58,548 nucleotides of DNA from an uncultured Dehalococcoidia bacterium (lineage in GTDB: Bacteria; Chloroflexota; Dehalococcoidia; DSTF01; JACRBR01), in NCBI GenBank assembly GCA_964421985.1, contig CAYQZE010000010.1, positions 1-58,548 of the forward strand, in the 5' to 3' direction. This document shows positions 19,313-28,824 of this stretch, in pieces; position 1 is the stretch's first letter, and the number at the start of each line of letters is the position of its first letter. The translations under genes were made by a program, and so were the position numbers. Below the pieces are notes generated by a model. The model was not told where the DNA came from. It was given only the letters and a program-made list of their open reading frames with translations, and ran no database searches.

Positions 19313-19584
19313 CCGCTCACGCTTGCGACGAAGTCACTGGGGATGCGGACGATCGGCCGCCACTCCTCGGCCGGGGAGTTGCGCACCCAGGCCGTCTCGC
19401 AGTCGCAGGCCTCGCGGTTGGGCATGTTGATCAGCTTCAGGCAATGAATCAGTGAGCGGACCTCCAGGCCTTCCGGCGGCGCGCCGTCCACCCCCTTCGC
19501 ACGCCAAAACGCCTTCGCCTCGTCAGCGGTCGCCGCCCTGTTGTGGGTGGGAGACTTGCAGACGGCGCAACCCAGCGTGTCCAT
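19309..19584 (-). CDS. Hypothetical Cys-rich protein (CxxC...HC...CxC)
   Basis: CAVC, HCL and CDC motifs; AAAGGA upstream; 24 bp after the nrdR stop. Confidence 0.7.
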   Translation of the reverse strand: MDTLGCAVCKSPTHNRAATADEAKAFWRAKGVDGAPPEGLEVRSLIHCLKLINMPNREACDCETAWVRNSPAEEWRPIVRIPSDFVASVSG

Positions 19585-19608
19585 AACCCCCGGTGTCCTT
19601 TCGCGGCG

Positions 19609-20250
19609 CTAGCGTACCCTGCGTCTCTTCGATTGCTCCCGTCGTGCGCCCGCCTGTTCCGGGAGCGAAACAGGAGTCTGAGCCGGCCGCACCGGGCGAC
19701 GGGTGCGGGCTCGCACATTCGGTGCGGCCGCGCGCGGCCGAAGAGAAGGCGGAGAGAACTCCGGATCGGCGAACGGCAGCTGCGCCTCCGCCGGCCGCGC
19801 CCCCGACGCCAACGACGCGAGCTCCTCCTGAAGGGCCGCCAGATCGGCGAACTGCCGGTACACGCTAGCGAACCTCACGTAGGCGATCGGGTCGAGCGTG
19901 TGGAGCCGCTCCATGACCAGCTCGCCGATCGTGGTCGACGGGATCTCGGGGACGTTGGTCTGGTACAACGCCGATTCGATATCCGCGGCCAGCGCATCGA
20001 CGGCGCCCGCCGGCAGCGGCCGCTTTTCGCAAGCCTTGCGGAGGCCGCCCAGCAGCTTCTCTCGCGAGAACTCTTCGCGCCGGCCGTCCTTCTTGGCGAC
20101 GTACAGCGCCACCGCCTGCACACGCTCGTGCGTCGTGAAACGGCCGGCGCAATCCGGGTTGAGGCACTCACGACGGCGCCGGATCGCCTCATCCATGTCG
20201 CGCGAGTCGACGACTTTCGAGTCGTGGTGGCCGCAAAACGGACAGCGCAT
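19609..20250 (-). CDS. nrdR: Transcriptional repressor NrdR
   Basis: MRCPFCG..DSKVVDSR...IRRRREC..C..RFTTHE, ATP cone, LDPIAYVRFASVY. Confidence 0.97.
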   Translation of the reverse strand: MRCPFCGHHDSKVVDSRDMDEAIRRRRECLNPDCAGRFTTHERVQAVALYVAKKDGRREEFSREKLLGGLRKACEKRPLPAGAVDALAADIESALYQTNVPEIPSTTIGELVMERLHTLDPIAYVRFASVYRQFADLAALQEELASLASGARPAEAQLPFADPEFSPPSLRPRAAAPNVRARTRRPVRPAQTPVSLPEQAGARREQSKRRRVR

Positions 20251-20307
20251 AGCCCCGGGTTGCCCTCTCCCTACCGCCCGCTGCGATCTGCTCAGGCGAC
20301 AAGCGCG

Positions 20308-20336
20308 AGCGTACCACTAGATATGGTATTTGTCAA
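20308..20336 (-). promoter_or_regulatory. nrdR promoter TTGACA-N17-TACGCT
   Basis: -35 at 20331-20336 and -10 at 20308-20313, canonical 17-bp spacer. Confidence 0.8.
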
Positions 20337-20371
20337 CGGGTCAGGCGTTCTGGCAGCACCATATCTTGCGT
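20314..20371. promoter_or_regulatory. Tandem NrdR boxes 42 bp apart
   Basis: ccaCtAgATaTgGtat (20314-20329, within the promoter spacer) and gcaCcAtATcTtGcgt (20356-20371) match acaCwAtATaTwGtgt; spacing is four helical turns. Confidence 0.8.
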
Positions 20372-20465
20372 CCCCGGCAATGGACGCGCGCTCTGGCACA
20401 CCGCCGCGGCGCTGGGCGGCCGGTTCTGCACAGTCGCCTTGAGCGCCAGCTTGCTGTCATGTGCG

Positions 20466-20616
20466 CAGCCCAGGTTATGGAAATGGTTCGCCGCGGGTTG
20501 TACACTGCTGCCCAGTAGCCCAGGCTCCCGGTTCTGTGGTACCTGCCCGTACCGCCTCACCGGGTCGGGCTACTCTTTTTTTCTCCCGTGGACGCAGCCC
20601 GGGAGGAGACGGGTTG
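20466..20616. ncRNA. Candidate structured ncRNA (rod with central bubble, 6S-like)
   Basis: Nested pairings found by eye: CAGCCC/GGGTTG, GGTTCGCCGCGGG/CCCGTGGACGCAGCC, bubble, AGTAGCCC/GGGCTACT, CCCGGT/ACCGGG, GGTAC/GTACC. Confidence 0.4.
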
Positions 20617-20657
20617 GCCGTGAGCGGCGTCATCTCCCAAATCCGCCGCTCACGGCC
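20616..20657. repeat. Perfect 14-bp hairpin downstream of ftsZ
   Basis: GGCCGTGAGCGGCG-N14-CGCCGCTCACGGCC. Confidence 0.85.
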
Positions 20658-20755
20658 CATGCTTTCCCTGGTGGGGGAAAGTTCCCGAGGCGCTTCTGCC
20701 CCGGGACTACGCCGGCTAGACCGTGTCCTCCTTTCCTCTCTCCTCCAAGCGTCCT

Positions 20756-21868
20756 TTAACGCGCCGCGACCGTGCGGCGCAGGAACGTCGGCAATTCGGT
20801 GTCGGCCGGATCCGGGCCGACAGCCGCTGCGCGCAGCCGCTCGAGCGGCTGCGCGCCTCCAGGTCGATCGTCGTCCGGCTGCTCGCGCCGGTACTGTTCC
20901 GGGATCGGGTTCACCGCCACCGGGCGCGCGAAGCCTGTCGCGATGAGGGTGATCTGCACCTCGTCGCCCATGCTGGGGTCGACGGCTGTCCCGAAGATGA
21001 TCTCGGCGTCGGGGCTCACTACGGCGGCGATGATGCTTGCCGCCGCGTGGATCTCGTGCAGACCCAGATTCTTGCCGCCCGTGATGTTGTAGAGCACGCC
21101 CTTGGCGCCATCGATCGAAACCTCAAGCAGTGGACTGGAGATCGCCATGTTGGCGGCCTCCTCCGCGCGATTTGCACCGCTGCCGCGGCCGATCGCCATC
21201 AGCGCCGGGCCAGCCTCGGACATGATCTTCCGCACGTCGGCGAAGTCGAGATTGATGTCGCCGGGCAGGGTGATGATCTCACTGATGCCGCGGATGCCTT
21301 GCAGCAGCACGTCGTCCGCCGTGCGGAACGCGTCCTCGATGCTTGCCTTCTCGTCGCAGATCTCCAGCAGGCGGTCGTTCGGGATGATGATCAGCGTGTC
21401 GACCTTGTCCTGCAGCCGCTGGATGCCCTCTTCGGCCTGGAGGCGACGCTTGGCGCCCTCAAAGCTGAATGGCTTCGTCACCACGCCGATCGTCAGCGCG
21501 CCCGCCTCCTTCGCCACCTGCGCGACTAGGGGCGCCGCGCCCGTGCCCGTACCGCCACCCATACCGGCCGTCACGAACACCATCTCGCAGCCGCGCACCG
21601 CGTCCAGCAGCTCGTCGTGGCTCTCTTCCGCCGCGCGCAGTCCGCGCGCGGGGTCGCCGCCCACACCCAGCCCCTTCGTCAGCTTGTCGCCGACGCGGAT
21701 CTTCACCTCGGCCGACGAATGTTGCAGCGCCTGCGCGTCCGTGTTCACGGCGACAAACTGCACGCCCGGGATGTGCTCGGCGATCATCCGGTTCACTGCG
21801 TTGCATCCGCCACCGCCCACGCCTACAACCTTGATCGGCGGCAACCCATCGGTGTACGTCTTGCTCAT
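20756..21868 (-). CDS. ftsZ: Cell division protein FtsZ (canonical start 21868; in-frame upstream start at 22060)
   Basis: [38 protein letters not shown]-terminal ELPTFLRR. Confidence 0.98.
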   Translation of the reverse strand: MSKTYTDGLPPIKVVGVGGGGCNAVNRMIAEHIPGVQFVAVNTDAQALQHSSAEVKIRVGDKLTKGLGVGGDPARGLRAAEESHDELLDAVRGCEMVFVTAGMGGGTGTGAAPLVAQVAKEAGALTIGVVTKPFSFEGAKRRLQAEEGIQRLQDKVDTLIIIPNDRLLEICDEKASIEDAFRTADDVLLQGIRGISEIITLPGDINLDFADVRKIMSEAGPALMAIGRGSGANRAEEAANMAISSPLLEVSIDGAKGVLYNITGGKNLGLHEIHAAASIIAAVVSPDAEIIFGTAVDPSMGDEVQITLIATGFARPVAVNPIPEQYRREQPDDDRPGGAQPLERLRAAAVGPDPADTELPTFLRRTVAAR

Positions 21869-22117
21869 CGCTGACTCCCTTCGCTCTGTCTCCTGGCGCA
21901 ACTCCCGGATCTCTTCCTCGAACATGGCGACCTGCGCGTAGCCCGGCGGCTCGCCCGCCGATCGCGGGCGTGGCTGCCGCTGGCGTGCGATCGGAACCGA
22001 CTCCTCGGATGCCTGTACGTACTCCCCGTCCGTCATCATGTCGTCACCGAATCCCGCCATCCTGCCTCCTTGCGCTTCTCCGAGTCCATCAGTGTTCCGT
22101 CTCTCCGTCGCTCAGTC

Positions 22118-23362
22118 CTACTCCGGCAGCAATACGCGCGCCCAGTTGCCTACGCGGCGCCAGATGCCGCTCAGATCCAGCGAAGGCTTGGGCGCACGAT
22201 GCCACGAACTGGCCTCCGCCTCGTTGACCGCCCACTGCAACAGGCCGACACTGGTGGCGTACGCCGGGTCGATCAGCAGGTCCGTCAGACCGTGCAGGTT
22301 CCGCGGCATGCCGACGCGCGCCGGCCAGCCCGTGACCTGCTCCGCCAGCAGGTCGATGCCCGCCAGCTTCGCGCCGCCGCCGGTGATGACGATCCCCGCC
22401 GAGATGACGTCGTCGTGCACTGCGCGCTTCACTTCCGCTGTGACCATCTCCAGGATCTCTTCCGTGCGCGCCTGGACGATCTCGCACAAGCGGCGCCGCG
22501 GCTCGGTCTTCGACCCCTCAGACCCGAACGCCTCGATCGTGATCTCCTCGCGCGCGTCCACCATGCTGGGGATGGCATGTCCCCAGGTGCGCTTCGCTTC
22601 CTCCGCCGCCTGATAGGGCGCTCGCAGCCCAACGACGATGTCCCGCGTCACGTGGTTGCCGCCGACCGGCAGCACGGCGGTGTGGTAGACGCTGCCTTCC
22701 AGGAACAAGGCGATGTCGGTCGTACCGCCGCCGATGTCGATCAGGACGACGCCCTGCTCTTTCTCTTCCTGATCGAGCACCGCTTCGGCGCTCGCAAGTG
22801 GCTGAAGAATCAAGCCGTCGACCTGCACGCCGACGTTCTCGACGCACTTTGTCAGGTTCTGGATGCTGCTGTCGATGCCCGTGACGATGTGGGTCTCGAC
22901 GTCCAGGCGCGTGCCGTACATGCCGACCGGATCCGAGATGTGGTCCTGGCCGTCGACGACGTAGTAGCGCGGGATGACGTGGATGATCTCGCGGTTCGTG
23001 GGGATGCTCACGACGCGTGCGCCGTCCAACACCCGCGTTACGTCATCCGGCATGATCGGCCGTGTGCGGTCGGGGATGGCGATGATGCCGCGGTTGTTCA
23101 GGCAGGCGATGTGCTGCCCCGCAACGCCGACGTGTGCCGAAAGAATGCGGGTACCGCTCGACTTCTCCGCCTTGTCGATGGACGTCTTGATCGCCTCCGT
23201 CGCATCCCGGATGTTCTCCACCATGCCGCGGGAGAGCCCGGACGACGGTGCGATGCCGACGCCGAGGATACGCATGTCTGTCTCGGCCGCGATTTCGCCG
23301 ACGACCGTGCAGATCTTGGTCGTCCCGATGTCGATTGAGGCGAATGTTCCTCCGCGGGTCAT
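22118..23362 (-). CDS. ftsA: Cell division protein FtsA
   Basis: IDIGTTKI, IDIGGGTTD, VITGGGAKL, YATSVGLL, C-terminal amphipathic helix. Confidence 0.97.
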   Translation of the reverse strand: MTRGGTFASIDIGTTKICTVVGEIAAETDMRILGVGIAPSSGLSRGMVENIRDATEAIKTSIDKAEKSSGTRILSAHVGVAGQHIACLNNRGIIAIPDRTRPIMPDDVTRVLDGARVVSIPTNREIIHVIPRYYVVDGQDHISDPVGMYGTRLDVETHIVTGIDSSIQNLTKCVENVGVQVDGLILQPLASAEAVLDQEEKEQGVVLIDIGGGTTDIALFLEGSVYHTAVLPVGGNHVTRDIVVGLRAPYQAAEEAKRTWGHAIPSMVDAREEITIEAFGSEGSKTEPRRRLCEIVQARTEEILEMVTAEVKRAVHDDVISAGIVITGGGAKLAGIDLLAEQVTGWPARVGMPRNLHGLTDLLIDPAYATSVGLLQWAVNEAEASSWHRAPKPSLDLSGIWRRVGNWARVLLPE

Positions 23363-23420
23363 GGCTGCCTCCCTGGTCGTCGTTGGCTCGTCTGTCGCGG
23401 GCGCATCGACCCTCCCTCAC

Positions 23421-24278
23421 TCACTGGAACGTCAGCCTGTCGCCGAAGCGCAGGTCCACCGCGTTCACGCTGACGTCGGACTGACGAGCCTGCTCGATCA
23501 GCACGTACAACGCTGCGATCTTGTAGTCGTAGTCGCGCGAATCGCCGAAGGTTACCCACAGCGGCGGCTCATCGGTCTCGGATCCCGACAGCACCGCCGT
23601 CAGTCCGGAGTTCTGCCGGTACACCAGTGCGAGCACCGCGCGACCAAACGCCGTCTGCGACTCGCGCACGAGCCGCGAGGCCAGCTGGATCGCACCCGCG
23701 TCGAGTCGCTCGCCCGTGTTGATGACGCGTCGCGGTTCTACCTCAACGATGAGCGGCGACCCCTCAGGCGCCGGACGCGCATCAAGCACGTAGCCGTCGA
23801 TGTCGATCGGTACGTTCACGCCGTTGATCTGCCAGGAGCCCCAGACGGCGCGTTCCTCGACGGCGATCGACACGGCGCTCCAGTCCTGCTTCGTCACCGT
23901 CACGCTTCGCACGTTGGGCAGCGCGGCGACGCGCGCGCGCGCGCCGTCCACGTCGAGCGCGAACGTGCTGTGCCCGTCCAGTCCGGCTGCGGACCGCACT
24001 TGCTCTGGCGTCAGCGACACGGTCCCGCTCACCGAGACGTGCTGCACGGTGAGCCACGGCGAGTGGTAGACCCACCAGGCGCCGGCAAGGATCGCCGACA
24101 CCATCGCCGCGACGACGACCAGGCGCGCCTGGAAGGGTGTGAGGACTGCGTGCGGTGCAGCTTTCTGCCGCCGCTGCACGCCGTGTTGGTCGGGCTCGCG
24201 CGTCTTGATCACGCGCCGTCTTCGCCCGGGCCGGGCGGCGCCGTAGGGCCACTTGCCCGGAGTTCGCACGTCAGGCAT
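23421..24278 (-). CDS. ftsQ: Cell division protein FtsQ/DivIB
   Basis: Single TM helix, POTRA domain, C-terminal VDLRF; start ATG 24278 overlaps the ddl stop. Confidence 0.85.
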   Translation of the reverse strand: MPDVRTPGKWPYGAARPGRRRRVIKTREPDQHGVQRRQKAAPHAVLTPFQARLVVVAAMVSAILAGAWWVYHSPWLTVQHVSVSGTVSLTPEQVRSAAGLDGHSTFALDVDGARARVAALPNVRSVTVTKQDWSAVSIAVEERAVWGSWQINGVNVPIDIDGYVLDARPAPEGSPLIVEVEPRRVINTGERLDAGAIQLASRLVRESQTAFGRAVLALVYRQNSGLTAVLSGSETDEPPLWVTFGDSRDYDYKIAALYVLIEQARQSDVSVNAVDLRFGDRLTFQ

Positions 24279-25365
24279 AGGCACCGCCTTCGGCCGTGCG
24301 CTCGCGCGATCGGCCGCCCGCGAACCGCTCAAGCGCCAGGTCGACGATGCGGCTGATCAACTCGCGGTAGGCGACGCCGGCCTTCGCCCAGAGCAACGGA
24401 AACATGCTTACCGGGCGGAAGCCGGGCAGGGTGTTGATCTCGTTGACCAGCGCTTTGCCGTCCGCTGTCAGGAAGAAATCGACGCGCGCGAACCCCGCGC
24501 CGTCGATCGCCTCGAAGGCGCGCAGGGCGGCCCGTTGCAACCGCGCGGCGACTTCATCGGACAACTCTGCGGGCGCTACGAGGCTGGCGCTGTCGTCGAG
24601 GTACTTTGCGCTGTAGTCGTAGAAGGCGCCGCTGGTTACGATCTCGCCAATCGGCGACGTCTCGGGCGCGTCGTTTCCCAGCACGCCGCACTCCACCTCG
24701 CGTGCCACGAGGGCCTCCTCCACAAGCACCTTGCGGTCCAGGGAGAAGGCGGCGCGCATCGCATCGCCCAGGTCCTCGCGCGAGTGCACGTGGCTGACGC
24801 CGACGCTGCTGCCACCGTTCGACGGCTTGACGAACGCCGGATAGCCGAGCGTGGCCTCGATCTCGCGCACAACGGCGTCCTCGTCCGCGCGCCACCGTCG
24901 CTCGAACAGCGTCAGCCCGCGGGCGACCTCCAGCCCGGCGCGCATGAACAGCTCCTTCTGAAGCGCCTTGTCCATGCCGAGAGCGCTCGCCGCGACGCCG
25001 CATCCGGCGTACGGGATGCCGAACATATCGAGCATGCCCTGCAGGGTGCCATCTTCGCCGTGTTCGCCGTGGACGAGCGGGAAGACCGCGTCCACGCCGC
25101 GCAGCGCATCCAGCACCTCGGCGCGCTCCAGCAACGGCGGCACGTCCGCCTCGATGCGTTTCTGGAACATCGCGTCCGGCCTGTCGAGCTGCGCGCGCGT
25201 CTCCGCGGGCGTCAACCAGCGACCTGTGCGCGTGACCCCGAAGGGCGTGGTCTCGAAGCGGCCGGGATCCGCCGCTTGCAGCAACTCCATGGCCGAAACG
25301 ACGGATACTTCGTGTTCGACGGACTGGCCGCCGAAGACGACGCCAAGACGCAGCTTCGCCGTCAC
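24271..25365 (-). CDS. ddl: D-alanine--D-alanine ligase
   Basis: FGGQSVEHEVS, HGEHGEDG, KPSNGGSSVG, FYDYSAKY, NEINTLPG; GTGA overlap with murB. Confidence 0.97.
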   Translation of the reverse strand: MTAKLRLGVVFGGQSVEHEVSVVSAMELLQAADPGRFETTPFGVTRTGRWLTPAETRAQLDRPDAMFQKRIEADVPPLLERAEVLDALRGVDAVFPLVHGEHGEDGTLQGMLDMFGIPYAGCGVAASALGMDKALQKELFMRAGLEVARGLTLFERRWRADEDAVVREIEATLGYPAFVKPSNGGSSVGVSHVHSREDLGDAMRAAFSLDRKVLVEEALVAREVECGVLGNDAPETSPIGEIVTSGAFYDYSAKYLDDSASLVAPAELSDEVAARLQRAALRAFEAIDGAGFARVDFFLTADGKALVNEINTLPGFRPVSMFPLLWAKAGVAYRELISRIVDLALERFAGGRSRERTAEGGAYA

Positions 25366-26348
25366 GCCAACGCCTCCCCCACCAGCGCCACTTCGTTCTG
25401 CAGCTCGATGCCGAACTGCGCTCGCACGCGCTGCTGCGCCTCGCGCATCAGCGCTGCGACATCGGACGCTCGCGCGGCGCCCAGGTTCTCGATGAAGTTC
25501 GCGTGCTTCTCGGAGACCTGTGCGTCGCCGATACGGTGGCCACGCAAGCCCACCGCGTCGATCAGGCGCCATGCGTGGTCGCCGGGAGGGTTCTTGAACG
25601 CGCTGCCGGAGTTGCGGCCGCGTGGCTGCGCTGCGAGGCGCTGCGCGTCGAGTTCGGCGATACGCCGCATCGACATGTCGCTGTCGCCCTTTCTTACGAC
25701 GAGCTCGACCGACAGGACAACGCAACCCGCGCATTCGCCGCGCAAGATGGCGCTCGATCTGTACGACAGCTTCATGGCGCGGGCGGCCACGCGCCGCTGC
25801 TCGTTGGTCCCGTCGAGCATCGTCACCGCCAGCAGGACATCCGCCAGGCAGCCATCGTATGCGCCTGCGTTGTAGACGACGGCGCCGCCCAGCGTCCCCG
25901 GGATACCCGCGGCCCACTCGGTGCCGGCGTAACCGTCGCGAGCCAGCTGGCGCGCCAGCGACGCGAACGCTACGCCGGACTCCGCGCGGAAGACGAACGA
26001 ACCGGCATCTCCGCTCGTGGGAGGGAGCGGCCCGTCGATATTCTTCGCCTGGTTGTCGATCACTACGCCACGGATGCCGCCGTCGCCGGCGAGAATGTTG
26101 CTGCCCGCACCGAGGATGAACACGGGCGCGCCGGCCGCGCGCGTGGTGATCACCGCGCGGGCGAGTTCGCCGGCGTTGCGCACCGTGATGAATACATCCG
26201 CCGGCCCGCCGATACCGAATGTCGTGTGGCGCGACAGCGGCTCGTCCGTTCTCACCGGAGCGATGGCGCGTAGTTGATCGATTAACTGGCGGTCCATACC
26301 CTCCACGCGCTCCTGCGACCCCACGGCATCCTGCGTCACCAGCGTCAT
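25362..26348 (-). CDS. murB: UDP-N-acetylmuramate dehydrogenase
   Basis: HTTFGIGGPA, GAGSNIL, GIPGTLGGAVVYNAGAY, SGSAFKNP, VSEKHANF. Confidence 0.97.
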   Translation of the reverse strand: MTLVTQDAVGSQERVEGMDRQLIDQLRAIAPVRTDEPLSRHTTFGIGGPADVFITVRNAGELARAVITTRAAGAPVFILGAGSNILAGDGGIRGVVIDNQAKNIDGPLPPTSGDAGSFVFRAESGVAFASLARQLARDGYAGTEWAAGIPGTLGGAVVYNAGAYDGCLADVLLAVTMLDGTNEQRRVAARAMKLSYRSSAILRGECAGCVVLSVELVVRKGDSDMSMRRIAELDAQRLAAQPRGRNSGSAFKNPPGDHAWRLIDAVGLRGHRIGDAQVSEKHANFIENLGAARASDVAALMREAQQRVRAQFGIELQNEVALVGEALA

Positions 26349-27730
26349 CGCCTCCGCAGCCGCTCCAGCACCATCGTGCCAACGCTGTCCACATCCCCCG
26401 CGCCGACTGTGAAGAACACATCGCCCTCGCGCAGCCCGGACGCGATGCGGTCCGCCGCGTCCTCGAACGCATCGACGTATTCCGCGCGCGGCGAGGTCAC
26501 CGCGGCGGCCAGGTCGGCGCCGCTCAGCCCGGCAACCGCTGTCTCGCGCGCCGCGTACGTGTGTGTGATGTACAGCGCGTCCGCCCCTTCGAAGCAGGTC
26601 TTCCACTCGTCCAGCAGGTAGGCGGTGCGCGTGTAGGTGTGCGGCTGAAACAGCAGCACGATCCGTCGACCCGGGAAGCGCTCGCGCGCCGCCGCGATGG
26701 TCCCGATGCGCACTTCCGTGGGGTGATGGGCGTAGTCGTCCATCACCGTCACGCCCGCCGCTTCCCCCACGCACTCGAAGCGCCGTTGCGCTCCCCGATA
26801 CGACGCCAGCGCCGCCTGCATCACCGCGGTCTCGATGCCGATCGTGCTGCCGGTGGCGATGCCCGCCAGCGCGTTGCTGACGTTGTGCCGGCCCGGCAGC
26901 CCGATCGTGAACGTCCCGAACGGCCGTCCATCGCGCCCCACCTCGAACTGCTGTCCGCTCTCGTGCTGCGTGACGCCCCTCACCCGCCAGTCTGCCGGCC
27001 CGTCCACCGCGTACGTCTGCACGTCGCGCGCCTCGATGCCGCCCGCGCTCACGGCCTGCCGGACGCGCGGGCTGTCCGCGCAGGCGATCACGTGGCCGTC
27101 GATCGGCGTGCTGGCCATGAAGCGGGCGAAGGCCGACGCCATCTCCTCGACCGTGCCGTAGATATCCAGGTGGTCCGGCTCGATGTTCGTCACGACCGCC
27201 ACGTCCGGCGTATAGCTGAGGAACGCGCGGTCGTACTCGTCCGCCTCGACGACGATGTACCTGCCATCACCGGCCGCCGCGTTCGAGCCGAGGCTGCGCA
27301 CTTCGCCGCCGATCAGATACGTCGGGTCGAGCTTGGCCTCGACCAGCATGTGGGCGATCAGTCCGCTGGTGGTCGTCTTCCCGTGCGTGCCGGCCACCGC
27401 GATGCTGTAGCGCCCCTCCATGAGGCGCGCGACCATCTCGGCGCGCTTGATGACCGGAATACCGCGCCGCCCGGCCTCGGCGATCTCGGGGTTGTCGCCT
27501 GGCGCAGCCGATGTGATGACGACGAGTTCCGCATCGCCGACGTTCTCCGCTGCGTGACCGATCGTGACGCGCACGCCGAGCGCGGCCAGCTTCTCCGTCA
27601 TCGCACTCGCTCGCTGGTCCGAGCCGCCGACGTTGTGCCCCCATGCGTGCAGGATCTGCGCGATCGCGGACATGTGCGCGCCGCCGATGCCGACCAGGTG
27701 TACGCGCGACGGCACATTCGCTGTCTTCAA
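26345..27730 (-). CDS. murC: UDP-N-acetylmuramate--L-alanine ligase
   Basis: HLVGIGGAHMS, AGTHGKTTT, EADEYD, DDYAHHPTE, FQPHTYTR; TTG start overlaps the murG stop. Confidence 0.97.
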   Translation of the reverse strand: MKTANVPSRVHLVGIGGAHMSAIAQILHAWGHNVGGSDQRASAMTEKLAALGVRVTIGHAAENVGDAELVVITSAAPGDNPEIAEAGRRGIPVIKRAEMVARLMEGRYSIAVAGTHGKTTTSGLIAHMLVEAKLDPTYLIGGEVRSLGSNAAAGDGRYIVVEADEYDRAFLSYTPDVAVVTNIEPDHLDIYGTVEEMASAFARFMASTPIDGHVIACADSPRVRQAVSAGGIEARDVQTYAVDGPADWRVRGVTQHESGQQFEVGRDGRPFGTFTIGLPGRHNVSNALAGIATGSTIGIETAVMQAALASYRGAQRRFECVGEAAGVTVMDDYAHHPTEVRIGTIAAARERFPGRRIVLLFQPHTYTRTAYLLDEWKTCFEGADALYITHTYAARETAVAGLSGADLAAAVTSPRAEYVDAFEDAADRIASGLREGDVFFTVGAGDVDSVGTMVLERLRRR

Positions 27731-28824
27731 GCCGCCGCCTCCATCACCACGCGCGCCAGATCTCGTGCCGCGTCCGGTCGCGCCAGCCGCTTCGTCGCGG
27801 CGCGCATGCTTGCGAGGCGCGCATCGTCGGCGAGCAGTTCGATGATCGTCGCCGCCAGCCGATCGATGTCGCTGTTGCGCAGCACCACCGCGGCGCCCTC
27901 GTCCTCGAGGAATTCCGCGTTTGGCGCCTGCGACCAACCCTCGTACTCGCCGGGGATCAGCACGGCCGGCGTACCTGCGGCGGGCAGCTCGCCTAGCGTC
28001 GACGCGCCGGCGCGCCCGACGACGAGATCAGCAGCGATCAGCGCGGCCGGCATGTCGTCCATGTAGGGGCTGACGACATAGCGCGCTTGCTGCGGCGGTG
28101 TGAGCAGTGCCAGCCGCGCGCGAGCGACATCTTGACCCGCAGCGCCGGTGATGTGCAGCAGGTAGCAGCGGTCGAGAAGCTGAGGCAGCGCTCCCCATAT
28201 CGCGTCATTGATCGCGCGGGCGCCCAGGCTGCCCGCCGTCACCAGAAGCACCTTCTCGTCCCGAGGCAGGCTCAGCCGCGCTCGCGCGGCAGGGCGATCG
28301 AGCGTCCAGAACTCGCCGCGCACGGGGTACCCGACGACGGACGTCTTCTTCGACGGCAGGTGCGCCAGCGCGCGCTCGGACGTTGTTGCGACCTTCGTCG
28401 CCAGCCGGGAGAGCAGGCGCACGGCCCACCCCGGCGTCACGTCGGGCAGGTAGACCACCAGCGGCCGGCGCAGCAGGCGTGCCGCGACGCCCACCGGGAC
28501 GCTGGCGTAGCCCCCCGTGGCGAAGACGACCTGGGGATTGAAGCGCGACACGATCCATGCGGACCGCACAACGCCCAGAGCGAGACGCAGGCTGTTGGCC
28601 ACGAACGTCAACGGCGAGGACACCCGCAGCGCGCCCGCCGGTATCGACCGGAAGGCGATGCCCTCGGCCGGGACAATCGTCTCGTCGATGCGGCCGCGGA
28701 CGCCGATGTACAACAGCTCGGTCGCGTTCCCAGCCTCGCGCCCGGCGTCCCGCAGCGCGCGGGCAACGCAGATGCCGGGGTACACGTGGCCGCCGGTGCC
28801 GCCGCCCGCGAGTATCACCCTCAC
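27727..28824 (-). CDS. murG: Lipid II synthase MurG
   Basis: GGGTGGHVYPG, GGYASVP, GYPVR, GSLGA, RAGAST. Confidence 0.97.
   Translation of the reverse strand: MRVILAGGGTGGHVYPGICVARALRDAGREAGNATELLYIGVRGRIDETIVPAEGIAFRSIPAGALRVSSPLTFVANSLRLALGVVRSAWIVSRFNPQVVFATGGYASVPVGVAARLLRRPLVVYLPDVTPGWAVRLLSRLATKVATTSERALAHLPSKKTSVVGYPVRGEFWTLDRPAARARLSLPRDEKVLLVTAGSLGARAINDAIWGALPQLLDRCYLLHITGAAGQDVARARLALLTPPQQARYVVSPYMDDMPAALIAADLVVGRAGASTLGELPAAGTPAVLIPGEYEGWSQAPNAEFLEDEGAAVVLRNSDIDRLAATIIELLADDARLASMRAATKRLARPDAARDLARVVMEAAA

Noticed and set aside
20536-20545. TGGTACC resembling a T-box
   Set aside because: No full GGGTGGNACCGCG antiterminator or stem I, and no downstream aaRS or amino-acid gene.
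24271-26472. 733-aa ORF suggesting a Ddl fusion
   Set aside because: The upstream half is an alternate frame over murB; Ddl begins at GTG 25365, coupled to the murB stop.
24253-28066. Long plus-strand ORFs (540 and 615 aa) opposite ddl, murB and murC
   Set aside because: Antisense shadows of GC-rich genes; Arg/Ala/Gly-biased with no motifs.
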